64,000 bases of DNA, taken from NCBI GenBank assembly GCA_016788425.1, contig JAEURQ010000003.1:29282-93281 (forward strand), in the 5' to 3' direction. The position numbers and the translations under genes were made by a program. Source of the DNA: Chthonomonas sp. (GTDB lineage Bacteria; Armatimonadota; Fimbriimonadia; Fimbriimonadales; Fimbriimonadaceae). Within the stretch, counting starts at the first letter, position 1. Each line of letters opens with the position of its first letter. Shown here in pieces: positions 61,588 to 64,000 of the stretch. Below the pieces are notes generated by a model that saw nothing but the letters and a program-made list of their open reading frames with translations, made no database searches and was not told where the DNA came from.

Positions 61588-62646
61588 TTACTGTTGAGGA
61601 ACCGGCGGCGGAGTTTGCGTCAGCTTGGCGGCGAGGGCCGGCACGTTCTTGGCGGCGGTCCACTCGGCCATGCCGGGCGACCACACGAGCGTGTCGGCGG
61701 TGAGCGCCGGAAGTTGATCCAAGGTGAACGGGCCTTGCTGTTGCCCGTTGACGGCCACGTGATATTGCGCCGCGGTTGGCACCGCCGGCGGAGTCGCGGC
61801 TTGCTGAGCCATGGTTTGGCCAATGGCCGCGCCGACGCCCATGCCGATGCCCGCCGCACCGAGACCGCCCGGATTTTCCGCAGCTTTCTCCATCGCGTTG
61901 GCGGCTTGATATTGGGTGTAGTTCTGCAGATTGCCGATGGCGCCCATTGCGCCGCGCTTGTCAATCGCCTTCTCCACTTCTTCCGGCAGCGAGACGCTTT
62001 CCAGGCGGAAGCTGAGAAGTTCCACGCCGATTTCGGCAAGGTCGTTCTTGAGCTTGCCAACCATACCTTCACCGATTTCGGTGAACTTCGTGGCGAGGTC
62101 GAGCACCGGGATTTGGGCCGTGGCCAGGCTTTCCGTCATGCTGCTGACGATCTGGTTACGAAGGTGATCGCTCACCTCGTCCACCGTAAACTGCCAGTCG
62201 GTCCCCGCGATTTCCTTGAGGAATCGGGTGGCATCCGAAACGCGCATGGCATAGGTGCCAAAGGCGCGCAGACGGACCGCGCCAAACTCGGGGTCGCGCA
62301 TCATGATCGGGCTCGCCGTGCCCCACTTGAGGTCGGTAAACCGCTTGGTGTTGACGAAATAGACTTCAGCCTTAAACGGGCTGTTGAAGCCGTACTTCCA
62401 GCCCTTGAGGGTGCTGAGCAGGGGCAGGTTCTCGGTTGTGAGCGTGTACATGCCCGGCGTAAACACGTCGGCGATTTGGCCCTCGTTGACGAAAACCGCG
62501 AGTTGCGACTCGCGAACGGTCAGCTTCGCGCCGTTCTTAATCTCGTTGTTGTGCCGCTCAAAGCGATAGACGATCGTGTCTTGAGTGTCATCGAGCCACT
62601 CGATAATGTCGATAAACTCGCCGCGAATCTTGTCAAAGAGTCCCAT
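61588..62646 (-). CDS. SPFH/band-7 (YdjI-like, COG4260-type) protein with C-terminal GYF_2-like domain
   Basis: MGLFDKIRGEFIDIIEW...VRESQLAVFVNEGQIADVFTPGMYTL is the characteristic N-terminus of this SPFH subgroup. The C-terminus YHVAVNGQQQGPFTLDQL...VWSPGMAEWTAAKNVPAL fits GYF_2. Confidence 0.8.
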   Translation of the reverse strand: MGLFDKIRGEFIDIIEWLDDTQDTIVYRFERHNNEIKNGAKLTVRESQLAVFVNEGQIADVFTPGMYTLTTENLPLLSTLKGWKYGFNSPFKAEVYFVNTKRFTDLKWGTASPIMMRDPEFGAVRLRAFGTYAMRVSDATRFLKEIAGTDWQFTVDEVSDHLRNQIVSSMTESLATAQIPVLDLATKFTEIGEGMVGKLKNDLAEIGVELLSFRLESVSLPEEVEKAIDKRGAMGAIGNLQNYTQYQAANAMEKAAENPGGLGAAGIGMGVGAAIGQTMAQQAATPPAVPTAAQYHVAVNGQQQGPFTLDQLPALTADTLVWSPGMAEWTAAKNVPALAAKLTQTPPPVPQQ

Positions 62647-62685
62647 TTTTCTGTTATCCCTACGGAGATAGTAACACTCCGGTTG

Positions 62686-63762
62686 CTATTTTGTGTTCAG
62701 GCGAGGCGTGAAATCCGTATTTGGACCCACTTGTCGGCAGTAGGCGGCCATGAGGCGCGCGCAGTTCTCGACGTCGGTCAGGCTCAGCAACTCGCACGGC
62801 GTGTGCATGTAGCGCAAGGCCACACCCAAGATGCCCACTGCCATGCCGTCGCGATTCAGCTGCATGGCATTGCCGTCCGTGCCAGTACCGCCGGCTTCTA
62901 CATCCACTTGGTACGGAATGTCTTCCTTCGCCGCGCCATCGCGGAGCATTTGAAACACGACCGGGCTGGCGTTGGCCCCGCGCATGACGCTTGGACCCTT
63001 GCCGAGATCGAGCTGGCCGTAGCGCGATTTGCTAAGGCCGGGATAGTCAATCGCGTGGTTGACGTCGACCGCCAAACCTGATTGCGCGTTGATCGCGTGC
63101 GCCGAGGTGCGCGCCCCGCGCAACCCGATTTCTTCTTGCACGGTCGCGACGGCGTAGACACCAACGTTCGGGTCGAGTCCGCCGTCCTCTTTAAGCAATC
63201 GCAGCGCCTCGGCGACGCAGAACGAACCCATTTTGTTGTCGAACCCGCGCGCGGTCGCGCGGTCACCGAGCAGCGTTTGGAACTCCCATTGGAAGGTCGC
63301 CACATCGCCCAGCGAAATCAGGGCTTCGGCTTCGGCGCGGGTTGCGGCGCCGATGTCGATCCACATATCCTTGACTTCGGGCTTCTTCTTGCGCTCTTCT
63401 TCTTCCAATAGGTGGATTGCTTTGCGGCCGATGACGCCCGCCACGCGCTCGGACCCGTGCACCCACACCCGCTGCCCGACAATGATCGAGCTGTCTTGGC
63501 CACCGATGGTTTTGAAGTAGAGCATGCCGGCATCGTCAATGTAATGGATGATAAAGCCGATCTCGTCCATGTGCCCGGCGAGCATAATCTTCATCTCGGC
63601 GCCCGGGTTCAGCACGGCCCAGGTGTTACCGTGCGAGTCGGTGTGATGAGCGTCGGCAAACGACGTGTAGTTGCGGTAGATTTCCGCCGCCCGTTGCTCG
63701 TAGCCACTGGGCGAAGGACAGTTCACGATGTCAGTGAGAAATTGAAGAGACTCGGCTCGCAT
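62686..63762 (-). CDS. M42-family metallo-aminopeptidase (FrvX/PepA-type)
   Basis: SPSGYE, AGHMDEIGF, QEEIGLRGA, D..H.P. Confidence 0.9.
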   Translation of the reverse strand: MRAESLQFLTDIVNCPSPSGYEQRAAEIYRNYTSFADAHHTDSHGNTWAVLNPGAEMKIMLAGHMDEIGFIIHYIDDAGMLYFKTIGGQDSSIIVGQRVWVHGSERVAGVIGRKAIHLLEEEERKKKPEVKDMWIDIGAATRAEAEALISLGDVATFQWEFQTLLGDRATARGFDNKMGSFCVAEALRLLKEDGGLDPNVGVYAVATVQEEIGLRGARTSAHAINAQSGLAVDVNHAIDYPGLSKSRYGQLDLGKGPSVMRGANASPVVFQMLRDGAAKEDIPYQVDVEAGGTGTDGNAMQLNRDGMAVGILGVALRYMHTPCELLSLTDVENCARLMAAYCRQVGPNTDFTPRLNTK

Positions 63763-63835
63763 GACAGGAGTCTACCGATGGCGCGCAGCCCGAGTTCCCA
63801 GCCTTGTACCGGAGAAGTGCCATAATTGAAGCGAA

Positions 63836-64000
63836 ATGAGTGACGGAAGCGCCACTGGCATGTTCATCTCCGAGACCCACACCGACGCGGCCATTTGGCA
63901 GTTTCGCGTGAGCAAGATGTTGCTGGAGGGCAAGACCGAGTACCAGACCTATCAGATCTGCGAAATCCCGCGGTTCGGGAAATCGCTCTTTTTGGATTAC
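63836..64000 (+). CDS. Spermidine synthase-like (polyamine aminopropyltransferase), 5' fragment cut by window edge
   Basis: My translation is MSDGSATGMFISETHTDAAIWQFRVSKMLLEGKTEYQTYQICEIPRFGKSLFLDY. The pattern ..SEYQ.i.i.e...fGk.L.LDg is typical of the SpeE N-terminus. Confidence 0.6.
   Translation, partial: MSDGSATGMFISETHTDAAIWQFRVSKMLLEGKTEYQTYQICEIPRFGKSLFLDY

Noticed and set aside
1-64000. CRISPR arrays, rRNA, tRNA and insertion sequences
   Set aside because: I scanned all intergenic gaps longer than 40 nt and found no repeat-spacer periodicity, no cloverleaf-like tRNA candidates, no rRNA-like stretches and no transposase-like ORFs.

Overview
GC-rich bacterial chromosomal window from a diderm, LPS-making organism, shown by bamA-skp-lpxD-lpxC, a TolC/MFP/RND pump, pilB-pilT-pilC and a flagellin gene. 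I call about 60 protein-coding genes. They are tightly packed, with many 4-nt ATGA/GTGA start/stop overlaps and several convergent gene pairs whose 3' ends overlap. I saw no rRNA, tRNA, CRISPR array, transposase or integrase. Most of the content is housekeeping: lipB, polyprenyl synthase plus ubiE/menG, metK, gap, queC-queE, ribF, mutS, hemW, yebC, and envelope, transport and pilus genes. The stand-out is a visibly AT-richer island of about 3.6 kb (19.5-23.1 kb). It encodes a polymorphic-toxin-like locus. A zincin-motif protein carries only the extreme C-terminal tip motif of an RHS core and ends in a Cys-rich HExxH tail. It is followed by a small membrane ORF, then a second orphan copy of the tip fused to a different Cys/His tail, then a second small exported ORF. 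The two tip copies form a direct repeat of about 195 nt with a 58-nt perfectly identical core. No shell, PAAR, VgrG, LXG, TPS or signal peptide is visible, so the delivery route is unknown. Other notable points follow. lipB and queC have conserved N-termini that can only be encoded from a non-ATG/GTG/TTG start, most likely CTG, placed right at or after the upstream stop codon. An SPFH-GYF protein is paired with a double zinc-ribbon, tail-anchored protein next to the pilus ATPases. The RND pump has an apparent extra two-helix insertion. A small exported protein has CC doublets at an exact 16-residue period. There is a DUF433/PIN-like toxin-antitoxin pair. A convergent intergenic region contains three copies of a 14-nt motif. 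All functional calls rest on motif recognition by eye; no database search was run.
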